A stretch of DNA of 57,759 nt, filler included, from Diploschistes diacapsis (lineage: Eukaryota), in NCBI GenBank assembly GCA_023645945.1. It is 4 parts of 4 records of this genome, joined end to end, with 100 filler letters (N's around TTAATTAATTAA, not from the genome) between each part and the next. Parts side by side here need not be neighbours in the genome. Positions count along the whole stretch, not along the records: positions 1 to 31,824 come from JALAIB010000113.1; 3 more parts are not named here. One strand, 5' to 3'. The position numbers and the translations under genes were made by a program. Of the stretch, positions 12,723 to 24,600 are shown one piece after another. Positions within the stretch are counted from its first letter, which is position 1, and the number at the start of each line of letters is the position of its first letter. The notes under the pieces were generated by a model. That model was not told the origin of the DNA and did not search any database. It saw only the letters and a list, made by a program, of their open reading frames with translations.

Positions 12723-15700
12723 CTAGGTATCAAAGGTACTCTGGCCTCCAACGCCGACACTCTTGCCCCTTTCCCTTATCCGGCGTCCTTCCATGAGACC
12801 TCGCAGACCTCTCTTTTGCAGGCCAACAACGCAGCTTCTGTCCGCGTTCCAAACCTCCTCTTCAGCTCCTGGGCCACCCACTTCCACGTAACCAGATGAG
12901 TCCTGGAGTCCATCAGCATTAGTTCCACCTTCAATGCTGCTTACATCATCTTCGCTATCCTCAGCGCCCGTGTCTACTGAACCGAGACCATTTAGTTCAG
13001 GGCTGTTACTGCGACCCAGCCGACGAGCGACTCCGTTTGGCCCAGGAACAGACATGGGCTCGGGATCGCCGTTCATATCCGACTCGCTGAGCTGAACGCC
13101 ACCGAAACTCTTGAAGCCCGTGCCCCGGCCACCACCTGCAGCCATGGCGCTGGCGTTGAAAACTGCTGGAGCGTTCCGTCCGTCCATGACCTGATGCAGG
13201 CGCTCCACGACTGCCTCCAGGAGCCCATCGACACAGTACGGTCGTGCTATCTGCAGGAGAGAGCACAAAATTTGTGGTGTACTGAGTGGATGATTTTCCG
13301 GTGGCAGGGACGAAGTGTACAAATAATGAAGCAGAGCTTGGATCGTCAAGGGAGTATGGGGAAGGTAAAGCGTCCTTGAACGAGCTGATGGGGTTAAATT
13401 AGTTGAGTTTGGGGGATAAAAGGGAGTCGGATTGTCGGTCGAACTGTCGTTGGTAGTCGAGCCACCAGGCGCCAGCGTCGAAGAGGTGTAAGCTGTCTGG
13501 ATGGAAGGCGTGATGGTGATTGAAGAGTTCCGCGACGCAGCACCCGCAGTGGCGGGCCGCAACGTTGAGCCATCGCCTCCGCTGTCCCCCGAGTTACCAC
13601 TCGGTGCAGACGATCCTTCACGTAAAAGATGAACAAAATACGGGCCCCACCGCCGAGCGAGAATGTGAGAGTTCACCGGAATCTTCTCACCGGTAATGGA
13701 CAGGACATCCATGTCGGCCAATTCTCTGAGCCCTAGAGCTGCTTGACCAAGCTCGGTCGCGGCTTTGAAGTGAGGGCGTCCGGCAGCCGTCCATGCGGAG
13801 AGCCTCGGCTTCAGTGCAGGAGGCAGATGGGGCGCACTGAAGGAGGAGTACCCAGAAGTTGGATCGGTGTGTCTGGGATTGTCGTAGTAACCAAAAACTT
13901 CCAGCTCGACGAGACAGATGTTGGAGAAATTGATGCGACGGTGGTTGTAGTCGTCTATCAGATTACGCCTTCGATTTCCAAGGACGACAAAGGTATTCCT
14001 TCGAGGCCATAGAACACCCCGGTTCCAGCTGCCCTGACTGAAGACGCTACTGCCCGCATCGATGCGGCTCCATGTCAGGCTTCTCAGGTCGAGAGCCCAC
14101 AGCGCGTACTCTTGCTTGGAAGATGTGAGGAAGGTCCCGCTGATCACGAAGTGATCATCGAGAACTCCACCGTTCGGAAAACGGAGGCCAGGTGGCGTGC
14201 TTTGGCCACCCATCTGCTTCTCGACAAGAGAACCGTCAGGATGGCGGACCTGTAGCTCCAGCTTGACGTCCAGAAAGTTATAGTTTGAGTATATCAGCAT
14301 GGAAGAGGGACCCGCGACCCTGCCGCTGCTCCTTCCGGCCTCGTCCTTTGCTTCTTTAGTGCCCGCAGCAACTCCGAGATGCGAAGCAGGCATGGCTGTC
14401 AAGGGAGCAACGACGCTGCGATAAGCACCGCAGCTTCGCCCCAACGAGTTCGTCGAAGTCCACTTCAGACTCCGCAGGTTGAACACACTGATCTGCTCGA
14501 TATAATGGTTTGCGCTGTCCTGTCCACCTACCACGACCATTTCCGCACCGCCCGTCCCGTCGAGTGCGACGCCTATCGACCCCTGGTTGGGATTCGCCGA
14601 AGAGGGATTGTTGTGGATTGCAGAAAGGGCGGCAGAGGCAGAAGAGAACACTGCCGAAGAAGGCAACACTGTCGCACAATGGGCGTAGCGGCCTTGAGGA
14701 TTATCCTTGGTTTGGATGTGGGTCCAGGTCCGGGTCGGCACGTCGTATATGTGCAAGTCAGACATCACAACAACTTCCGTTGGTTGGTCCGTCGACGTCT
14801 GCGAGGTCTGTGACGACGGCGACTGTGTCGGCGCTGGAGACATGCCGCCATAGCAGATCAACTTGTTGTCGCCCAACGCACATACACTATGGAAGTACCT
14901 CGGAGGCGGCACATCGCCCGCGGTCTCCAGTTTCGTCCAATACCTCCGAACAAGATCCAGTTCGTAGAGATCGGCCGTGAGTTGAGGCCTTCGCCGGGAG
15001 AGCCTCTTTCCTCCAAAAACGTACAACTTGTCCCCCAGGATCGTCGTGGTAGCGCCAACCAGCGCACGAGGCTCCTTGCCAGCGCACCGATGGACGTTGC
15101 ACATGAGACTGGAGAGATTCGTGGATCCTGAGACACCCTGTGACTGCTGCGCATGTGGCTGACTCGTTTGGGATTCGTTGACCGCAGCTTGAGACTGCTC
15201 TACCGGCCTCGAACCCAGGTCGGCGTGGATGCTCGCTTCCAGATTGCCATCCTGGTTCAAGCTGGTCTGGCTTCGGTTGAAGCTGCGCTGGTAGTAGGTG
15301 GGATCAGCCGTTTGCGCCGCGTACGGAGCAGCAGGGGCCCCGTTCACGTTGGAAGCAGTCGAATCAGCTGTTCCCGGCCGACTCGCACCGGCTGCAGAAG
15401 CGGAAGTGTTCATATCGGAGGATCCGTCCACGGAGATGGGGGAAAAGTTCTGATGCGGTGTGGTTTCGCCGCTGCTCGGGGGCGTTGGAAGCGGGAAGGG
15501 ATTGTACGGCTGAGCGAAATCGGGGATGACAATCGGTATATGCCTAGGTCTCCAGGACCTAGGCTGGGGCAGGGGACCGCCGTCTCCAAGGTGATTGAAG
15601 ACCTTTTGTATGTGGCTGACCCTGTCGCCCTCCAAGAGTTCGGGGGAATCGGGCAAACCCTTGAGCACAGAAGCAATAAGCCCCTGTGTTATAACTATTG

Positions 15701-15992
15701 GTACATGTCTTGGCTTTCGGCGCAGCGGTCTGGGTATGGTGTGGTGTTCGCTTGGTCGTCGTCGAAGAGGGATCGGTTCGGCCTCGGAGAGAGGAGGCGG
15801 TACCGTGACGGGTTCTTGGAAAAGCTGACTTGAGGAAAACTGCTTGACAACGCGATTCAGTGGCTGGGCTGTCGATGCTTTCTGGCCGAGTGGCGAAGGA
15901 TGGTAGGTTGTAGAACAAGACCTGTCGAGGTCATACGGAGAAGAGAGGCTGCTCTGAGGCGCTGTCGAAATCATCGTGAGTGGGTCGTTCAT
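12723..15992 (-). CDS. ral2: Kelch-repeat/BTB regulatory protein of the Ral2 (S. pombe) / Mds3-Pmd1 (S. cerevisiae) family
   Basis: 1089-aa ORF with kelch repeats (LYVFGG, PPPRYFHS, LICYGG, GRYAHCA). Conserved segments LIYSNYNFLDVKLEL and PPGLRFP are followed by a BTB-like region (LADMDV...RWGPYF...ALLHYLYT). An alternative start lies at ATG 15413. Confidence 0.9.
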   Translation of the reverse strand: MNDPLTMISTAPQSSLSSPYDLDRSCSTTYHPSPLGQKASTAQPLNRVVKQFSSSQLFQEPVTVPPPLSEAEPIPLRRRPSEHHTIPRPLRRKPRHVPIVITQGLIASVLKGLPDSPELLEGDRVSHIQKVFNHLGDGGPLPQPRSWRPRHIPIVIPDFAQPYNPFPLPTPPSSGETTPHQNFSPISVDGSSDMNTSASAAGASRPGTADSTASNVNGAPAAPYAAQTADPTYYQRSFNRSQTSLNQDGNLEASIHADLGSRPVEQSQAAVNESQTSQPHAQQSQGVSGSTNLSSLMCNVHRCAGKEPRALVGATTTILGDKLYVFGGKRLSRRRPQLTADLYELDLVRRYWTKLETAGDVPPPRYFHSVCALGDNKLICYGGMSPAPTQSPSSQTSQTSTDQPTEVVVMSDLHIYDVPTRTWTHIQTKDNPQGRYAHCATVLPSSAVFSSASAALSAIHNNPSSANPNQGSIGVALDGTGGAEMVVVGGQDSANHYIEQISVFNLRSLKWTSTNSLGRSCGAYRSVVAPLTAMPASHLGVAAGTKEAKDEAGRSSGRVAGPSSMLIYSNYNFLDVKLELQVRHPDGSLVEKQMGGQSTPPGLRFPNGGVLDDHFVISGTFLTSSKQEYALWALDLRSLTWSRIDAGSSVFSQGSWNRGVLWPRRNTFVVLGNRRRNLIDDYNHRRINFSNICLVELEVFGYYDNPRHTDPTSGYSSFSAPHLPPALKPRLSAWTAAGRPHFKAATELGQAALGLRELADMDVLSITGEKIPVNSHILARRWGPYFVHLLREGSSAPSGNSGDSGGDGSTLRPATAGAASRNSSITITPSIQTAYTSSTLAPGGSTTNDSSTDNPTPFYPPNSTNLTPSARSRTLYLPHTPLTIQALLHYLYTSSLPPENHPLSTPQILCSLLQIARPYCVDGLLEAVVERLHQVMDGRNAPAVFNASAMAAGGGRGTGFKSFGGVQLSESDMNGDPEPMSVPGPNGVARRLGRSNSPELNGLGSVDTGAEDSEDDVSSIEGGTNADGLQDSSGYVEVGGPGAEEEVWNADRSCVVGLQKRGLRGLMEGRRIRERGKSVGVGGQSTFDT

Positions 15993-16084
15993 TCAATCCC
16001 GATGGTGCAACCCGACCAGGTGAATAAGTCGACGAAGTCGAAGGGGGAGAACGAGATGAAATGTCAAGAAGCAAAGGAAAGAGT

Positions 16085-16141
16085 GAGGGAGGGGGGAAGG
16101 GGGGGAGAGAGAGAGAGAAAGAGAGAGGGAGAGGGAGAGAG
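16085..16141. repeat. (GA)n/G-rich microsatellite in the ral2 5' region
   Basis: gagggaggggggaaggggggga(ga)n read directly. A similar (GA)n tract lies at about 17548-17587. Confidence 0.8.
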
Positions 16142-17857
16142 GATAGAGCTGCAGGCAGCTGTCGAGTCCTGAAGAAATTCACTCACACCGAGTCTGGAAG
16201 GCTCGATCGTGTCCCTAGTCGCCCACTGCTAGTTCGGCAGCATAGGAGTCGGAAGTGGCAGTCGCGGATGCGGATGCGGAAGCTGGGTAGTCTAGCGTAC
16301 TATCAGCGCACAGCGGAGATTCAATGAGGGCTAGTCATCGGGGTGGACAGCTGCTGAGAGGGTCAGTGTGCGTTTGTGTGTGGGTAGGTCTTGTGCGGCG
16401 AGCCGGCAGGCTGCATGCGTCCGAGTCACTCGGTGACACCCTTGTGTTTGGACGACCGGAGAACCAGTTACACGGGGCAGAAGCAGAGACAGGCGGGAGG
16501 GGCTTCCAGCCTCCAGGTATAATATCCAGGCAAAGACAAATATAGAGAGCGACGATGCTGCTGCTGCTGCTGCCCAGTGATCTCGTTGTCGGTTCAGACG
16601 GTCCAAGTCTATAGAGGAAAGAGGTGAAACGAAGAACGATAAGGCGCTTACAAGGTTGATGTTGACGACAGCCTAAACCCTCCACTGGATTTAACTTCCA
16701 GGCATTCACCATTCACTGGTCACTGTCACAGTTCAGCAATTCAATGGATGTCGTCTGTTGGTGGGATATTTGCAGGCTGTCATTGGTCGACAACGGGTAA
16801 AGAGGATGGATGAATAAGCAGAGGGTCCCCAGCCAGAGCACTTGGAAATGTACTATACAGTACTGCAACTGTATGTACCTGTTTGCACGCCGGAACAGAT
16901 ACGCCTCTGCTGCTCGTTATGGATCCCAATGTGAGGTGATCTAGAGAAAACGTACCAGCGCAGGGATTTGACAGGCTGGCAGGCAAACAGCCGCAGGGTC
17001 AGATGCAGGCCTGGGATGAAGCAAGGCTCAAGGTCTGATACCAGTGCCTTTCCCCTTACGACAGAGCAGCATCGGACATTCTCTATCAAGGTTATCGAGC
17101 TTATCGCGCTTGGAGATAACCTTACTTTCTTTTCACCAATTTTGCGATGTAGGTTGCACACCGTGACCGCTTTCAGTACTTAATGGTACGGCATGTTTCC
17201 ATGATGCACAATCTGCAGCCCTCAACACAACGAGGCAAGGGCTAAGTGAGGCCTGCCCCTCTCAAAGGGATTGGCATGGCCACCTGCTTGATGTACCCAT
17301 TCATCAGGGCCGAGTATGAGCAGGGTCTGTGATGCGGCAAATTAGTCGGCTTTGTTCATGTCAAGATGAAAGATCAGAGATCTTATGGCTTGAGCAAAAT
17401 ATAGCCTAATGTGGAATTAATATGTTCCATTCACAGGGTAAGTGATACCGAGACCATCATTACTCTCGCCTCAGTAATCGTTTGGCCGACTCTTCCTTTT
17501 GCAGCCGGAGAGGACTCGTGTCTAGTATTGCCGATGGGATAGCGAGCAGAGAGAGAGAGAGGAAGAGAGAGAAAGAAAGAGAGAGAGCAAGAACGCACGA
17601 TGCAAGGGGAGCTTTGGATCATCCATCCCATTGACTGTGGCACTGTTGATGTCAGAAGAAATTCGGTGCAGCATTATGTGGCAAACCTAAAGTAAGAAAG
17701 GCTGCTGGACTGGATCACAACAGTGGAAGATTTTTGTCTATGCAACGAATTGCAAGTCAAAGTCCGTTTAAAAAATATAAACAAGGACAGGGATCACTAC
17801 CGGGATTCGATCATGGCGGTGCAGTAAGCAGGAGGGTGGAAATACAGGACGTGCATG

Positions 17858-18190
17858 CACAGTGAATGGACACGCAGAAAGCAGACACCTCCCGCATTCA
17901 CCATCCCGAAGATCACCTTGGGGCGGGTACCTGCCGAGACAGGACAAGACAGTAATGGCATCCTCCGTCCAACAGATGTCTCCCCCCGGCAGCAGCTCTA
18001 TGGGTACTGATCTCACAGAGTAAACGGACAAGCACAAAGCAGACACCTCCCGCAGACACATCCCGCATTCATCATCCCGAAAGATCACCTTGGGGCGGAT
18101 ACCTGCCGAGACAGTACAAGACGGCAAGGGTATCCTTCATCCACCAGATGTCTTCCCCCGGCAGCAGCTCTATAGGGACTGCCCTGATCT
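17858..18190. repeat. Head-to-tail tandem duplication of a ~160-175 bp unit (17858-18013; 18014-18190)
   Basis: Both copies share aaagcagacacctcccgca...catcccgaa(a)gatcaccttggggcggRtacctgccgagacagKacaagac...cagatgtctYcccccggcagcagctctat...ctgatct. Confidence 0.9.
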
Positions 18191-19467
18191 CGTCGGAACC
18201 CGAACAGACCACATAGCGGTATATTTCAAGATCCAAAGCCCTCAGGTTACTATACCAAAACGCAAGCCTAGGTAGTAAGCCAACAATCATCCAGGTTTCT
18301 AACTACAAGACTTGCAGGCCCCAAGCCTTTCCGTCCAGAAACGCAGCACAACACCACAACAAAACTCAACAGCAGCACTCCAGCAAACTCGGCAAACCTC
18401 ATCAACATCACCCATCCCCAAGTCCAATTCCATTACTTAAGGCACGCCTCCTCCCCACGCACAAACGCTAACACGAACACAAATAAGAACCGAGAAACAT
18501 CCGAACCGAACCCTATCCTAGACGGACCGACCGACGGACCGACGGCAACATGCAGCTGCCATCCTCTCACCACGCCGGGAGAGCAACCTGGGGTAACAAG
18601 ACACCAAGCAAGCCGTGAGCGTGAGCGTGAGCGGTCTCGCAGCCTCTGCCCCGCTCATGAAAACCGGGTGCGGGCGTTGGGAGTGATGGACAGTTACTCA
18701 CGTACATATATGTATATATATACCCATATGTGTGTGTGGGTGGGTATGTACATAGTATCTAGTGCCAAACATGTTCCTAGCACAGGAAAAAAAAAATTTG
18801 TTTCGCGAGATGCGGCCGTGGGCTGGTCAGGGACGCGGCTCAGGGGTGGGAAGATGGCATCTGGCATCTGGCATCTGGCAGGGGCTGGGATAGGGGTCAG
18901 GGCAGAGGCAAGGCAGGGTAGAGATAGGGATAGGGCTGGAGGGAGGGTGCAGGGTGAAGTCGTTTTTAATTTGTTTTCTGGGTAGTAGGGGGATTTCCGA
19001 TTCGGGCTGGAGCTAGTACCCGTAGCTGTGGATTAGATCACGGACGCGGGCAGCAAACAGAAAGGTTGCAGGGTTTCGTCTCGTGTACGGGATAGGTTCA
19101 AAGGTCATGTCGTTTAATCTCTGTCTTCCAGCCATTTTTTCTTGAGTTGTGAGGGCTTTGGTGACAACGCACGCACCACGCAAGCAAGCAAGCAACTATA
19201 TGGACAGACCAACTCCCGCAAGTCAAAACGGGCCCCGAGCCCTGACCCCCTCCAGTAAGTTCCACAGTAAACGACAGGTACCATATGAACCCCAGCTCCC
19301 TCCCTCCTGCGAGCTGGATCTATCAAGAGGAACTCAATCCCTCCTCACATCCTCTTCATTTCGGCCTCCGAACTTTTGCCGCGCTCAATGCCGACAAACC
19401 CACAACACCCATCCGGAGGACCCGTCAATAGCGAATCTAGCATGCATGCAAGCACGCTTGCGGGGTT

Positions 19468-20589
19468 TCACGCCGCGCTCGTCTTCTCCTTGGGCAGCGG
19501 CGTGAAGCGAAGGTAGGGCTTGACGACCTTCATGTCCGGGAACATCTCCTTGGCCTGCTCCGTCTTGATGCTGGGGTGGACGATGACGTCGTCGCCTGTT
19601 GTGTGCAAAGGCGTCAGCCCCTTGCAGTTTGGATGTGGTGATTGGGTTACCGCGCGATATTGCCCGAGGAAGGAAAGTGAAGGGTTTATATGGCCAAAAG
19701 GCTGCAACACCCGCACCGAAAACTAACAGAAAATGTGTGTGTGTGTGTGTGAAAGGAGGCGGCAATAATGAAGAAGAGGAGAGATAGATGCGGGAGAGAT
19801 AAGAGAAATGGTATCCTACCAGGCACCCAGTTAATCGGCGTAGTAACCTTATGTTTGTCCCCCGTCTGCAAGCTATCCACCACCCTCAGCACCTCCGCCG
19901 CATTCCTCCCCGTACTCGCGGGATAGGACATGATCAACCTGATCATCTTCTTCGGATCGACGATGAAAACGCTGCGGATCGTAAAGGCAATGCCCTTGGA
20001 ATCCACATTCGTCGTGTCCTGGTGGTCCAGCATGTCGTACAGGTACGCCACCTTCCTCTCCTTGTCGCCGATGATGGGGAAGGCAAGCTTCGAGCCGGAG
20101 ATCTCGTCGATGTCCCGGATCCAGCCGCCGTGCGACTCGATCGTGTTGGCCGACAGCCCGATCAGCTTGACGTTGCGCTTCGTGAACTCAGGCTCCAGCT
20201 TGGCGAAGGCGCCCAGCTCCGTCGTGCACACGGGCGTGTAGTCTTCCGGGTGCGAGAAGAGCACGACCCACGAGTCGCCGACGAATTCGTGGAAGTCGAT
20301 GGGGCCGGTGGTTGTTTCGGCTTGGAAGTTGGGCGCCGTGCTGCCGAGGCGGAGTCTGAGGGGAAGGGGGGGGCAGGTCAGCCATGGCTTGACAAGAGGG
20401 TTCTGGGAAGCGCGTGAGGGGGGAGGACTGCTGCTGCTGCTGCTACTTGTTTTGTCCCGCTTCGCACGCGCTGCCCTCTTGGGCAGGGCAGGAGAAGAAT
20501 GACGATGCGGGGCAGTAGGCCGGCAGTCCACGAGGAGTTTTCGGTGGCTGGGAGAGAACTTACGGTGCGGGGCGTTGTTCCTCTGCCAT
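19468..20589 (-). CDS. PRX1: 1-Cys peroxiredoxin (Prx6/PRX1 type); 3 exons
   Basis: MAEEQRPAP|LRLGSTAPNF...VLFSHPEDYTPVCTTELGAFA...YPASTGRN...TTPINWVPG|DDVIVHPSI...PYLRFTPLP. PVCTTE is the 1-Cys Prx active site. Confidence 0.97.
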
Positions 20590-21641
20590 GTTGTTGTTTT
20601 GGCTGGTGTTATTGACTTCGGTGGCTTGGCTTTGCTGTAGGTCTGAGTATCTATTGAAAGCGTAAAGGCACAAATTCAAGATCAGTTGCTTTTTTCTGTC
20701 CTCCCATTACAAGAGAGGGTGCCGCGCGCCTTATTATATATCATTCTCCCCCCTCCTCTTCACCCTTCACGTAATCCACTGCGTTTTTTCTTTTGATTTA
20801 TCTATTTTTTTTGCGTATCCTGCCAGAGCATTATTCACCTCCAGAGCACGCAATCGCCGCTAGCACCTCCAGGGTTCTGCTGACTGATTCTGATTCACGG
20901 CATCCAGCGGCCCAACAAGGAAAAAGGTGGATACAAGGGACGGGTGTCGCCAATAAAGTGGTTATTATGTATTGTATATATTCTAGTCGCCGTCTTGTCC
21001 GGCTTATACGCAATCCATGTTGCTCCACATAAAGCAACAACGTCGACTCCTTTTCGTATGCTGCCTCATTCCAAAGCTACAGACGAGGCCCAAATGTCTA
21101 TTTCCCCCTTCGAGCGCTACCGTCGTCAATTACTGCCATGCCCCATCGATTCCACCACCGGGCTCCTGTACTAATGCAAGGTTGCACACAGGTCATTGGG
21201 CACTGGAAAGCTCGTGTTATCAATCAATTGCTCAACTGTCCAATCCCTTTTCCAACCCTAGCTAGCGAAGCACTAGCCTCATTGTTCCAAGTACAATAAG
21301 GGGCATGTTTGGTTGCCCTGTATCATAAGATGGATGCCAAAGACCATATGCTCGCCCCCAGTACGCGGGACCGTTACATTGTCTTCAAGACCCAAAACCT
21401 TGAAATATACTGCGTTCGCTTCCATTCCTCCAATCCGTTCTTTCCCCATCTCCATCAATATCTAGTTACAAGACAACGGCTTCGGGCCGTGAAAGTCCAG
21501 ATAATGCTTCGTTCCTATGCAGTATCAAGGGAATGGCTCCTGTAGATGTCGCTTGTGGGGTATCGCGCAGTAAAGAAGAACCTCTCTGGACGCGGCGGTA
21601 ACGCAAAAGTACCGCTGCCGAACCGCGAATATGCATTGCGC

Positions 21642-24600
21642 CTAATAGCTTGGTGAAATGAAAATGGGAATGTCGCTCAAGTCGAGCCCGAAGCCCTTGC
21701 TGACTTCCACGCTCTTTCTGCTGGCCTTGTTGGCCAAGGTCCTGGTTCCTGCGCTGCCACCAACGCCGCAGCCCGGTTCGTACCCATAGTTGAGCCCGCC
21801 GTCGAAGCGCCCAGAAAGCCATGCTACTGTTGCAGCAGGAGTCTTGAGGTTGTCTGGGCGCTGTTCTGCTTCGGCTGTCGCCGACACACTCCTCCTTGAG
21901 GTCGCACAAGAATCTTCGTACAATTGAGCAAACGTCAAGGTTTCATGCGCACCGGGCGGGGGAGTACATCGAACTGGGCTTGTGCGTTCTTCGGTGCGAA
22001 CGGTATCGACTCTGGACCGGTTTGGTGGGGGTTCATCACGCCTTGGGGATGGAAGGGAGTTCCGGGATGGAGGCGTTGGCCGCAATGTTTGAGCATTCGT
22101 GCCAGTAGGAAAAGATGCGTCTGTCAAAGCTTCACCAGCTAACCGCCGATGCGTTGCCCAAGCGTCGCGGGGTGCAGACCAATCGACAACAGGCTGTTCG
22201 GGATGGTCAAAGCTGGATGGTGGAATGATCATGCTGTGAGCTTTTCTTGGTGCTGGTCGTTGTTGACCATCGCTTTCACAAAGGGGTTGCGTCAATTGTG
22301 CCTGTCTCATCTGAACCTGGACAGTAACAGGAATCGGGGGAAGAGGCGGTCGATCTCGATGCATGGGCTCTAATCGAGGCATCTTTCCCGGGATACCGCC
22401 ACGGTCGTTGAACTGTCGCCCACCGGGTTTTGCAGGGGACGGAGGTCGCGAGCTGACGAAGGGTGCTTCCAAGCTTGACCTCTTGTACATTGCCCGCATC
22501 TTCGAGACTTCCGCTGCCTCGTAGTCGTTCATTCCGATTGAGCTTTTTGTCCGTGGCATTGATGGTGAAATCTGGTGGTGGGACCCTTGTGTTTTCGTAC
22601 GGGCGGCCTGCGTTCGTCTGGATTGGGACAAAAAGGCAGCATCGTAGGGACTTGTCCCTAGCGATTGTGTTACATCTCCCAGCGTGGCAATGGTCTCCGA
22701 GTAATCGCTTGTCGTCCCCAGCTCGTAACTGGACCTATGCTGGCTCTTCGAAGATGCGAGCAAGCTTCGTCTCACAGAGCTGCGTCTCGCCTTTCGGGAC
22801 ACGTGTCCTTGAGTTGGCGATGTGTCTTCCAACGTCGGCGTAGGAAATCTGAGAGGAGCAGACAAGGGTGGCGATCGCTTTGTCTCTGGCCCGACCTTTT
22901 CGTGATCGACGCTGGGTAGCGTATGATTCAGAGGCGGAAGGTCCTGGAGCCTTCGAGCATTACGCTCAGCAATATCAAGAGGAACCGGAGGAATAAAAGA
23001 CGCTGCAGTTATATCGAGGTGACTTTGGATGGCTATGCGGTTTGCGGGGGGTGGCTGCGATCTCGGCCTCGGTTTCTGCAGGCGCTTTGACCTAGCAGAA
23101 GGTTCTGAGTTCACTGTGTCTGTTGACAAGACCGTTGGAATAGTCTCGCTAGAGTTTTGGTAGGACCATGTCAATAAAGAGCTTTTGGTGGTTGTCGTGG
23201 GCATGGCCGTGAGCTGTGGCCTTGTCAGGGTAACAAGAGAAGGATTTGTGATCACCGCTGGCGTACTAAGGGCTGCGACGGAGTCAGGACGCTCATTCCT
23301 CTCTTCCCTATCGTCCCGGAGCAGCTGTTTTACAGACCTCAGAGATGAGCCTGAACTGTATCCGCTATCCGGCTTTGTCGTCTCTGAGTGCAGGGTCTTT
23401 CCATGAGTGCCAATTTCTTGCTGTCGCAATCCTCTGCCATACTTCGACGGCTCATCAAAGCTACCGACAAGAGCGTCCTGGACTTGACCGCCCTCACGCA
23501 ATGCATTGTCCCCATCGTATAGATTGACATCTTGTAAAGACGACTTGTGCTTCCAGCCTCGATCTTCAAATAGATCATCATCGACTTCATTCGGCTTCGT
23601 ACTTACTTCGATGGTAAAGGGATTATCGGAAAGGTCCAGCATATAGTTTTCTGCAATCAAAGATGTCCTATCGAACCTGAACTTGGGCAAATGCGGCTTG
23701 ACTTGTCCATGCTGAAGTTCCAGTTGTGGGGCCAGAGATGCTGCCGGACTGTCGTGGCACAGACCCCCTCGACGGCTTGACGGTCTATGGCTTGCGCTAT
23801 ATTTCGAGTCACACCGCGATATTTCTCCGCTTTGCCTTTTCGCATATTCTCGGAAACCATCTGCAAACTCCCCACTTCGCCGCACCTCCTGCAACCTCAA
23901 CAAGCTGGGGCGATGTGCGAGATGTCGCAAATGGGGCAACGAAAAGTATTCGGTCTGATCCCTTGGATCGGCCGAGGTGGTCGACCGGATGCTAGGGATA
24001 GGCGAAGCGACGCCGTTGGTCACCCTCAATGCTCCAAGGCCACCAAGGTTTCCATAATCAACATCCACAGGGGTCGCAGATCGAGCGTCAGGATGCACGA
24101 GCTCATCGGCCAAGTCCAAGGCTGCAAGTCGTGTCAACGGCGAAGTTTCCGAAAGCGTGCGATTATAGTAATACTCATCCTCGGTTTCCACGACCGGCAT
24201 GCGAGGAACCGGTGGCTTCGCAAGCATGTCGGTTGGATTCCGCGTGGCCAGTCCGGGCGTCATCAAAGAGCGTCGACGGATTGGGGAGATGATGGTCTCT
24301 TGGACACCGTCGTCTTCGATAGTCGTATGGAGAGGCTGGTTGAGCGAAGCTAGCTTGTCACGGTAGGCCTTCTGCTTTATCTTGCTCACCACCTCCTGCT
24401 CGTCCTCCGGCTCAAGTGCAAAATCAATCAGTTGGGTAGTCGACGATCTGTTGAGGGCATTGAGAGATCGTCGAAGGCTAGCTCGCTTGGATATTGCTGT
24501 CCCTGATCTTGAGAGGCGCCGGCGCACCGCTCGTGCCGTGTCTGTAACATCCCTGGAGTCATCCTCGTCGGATGCATCGCCCATGTTGCTGGTCGACTCG

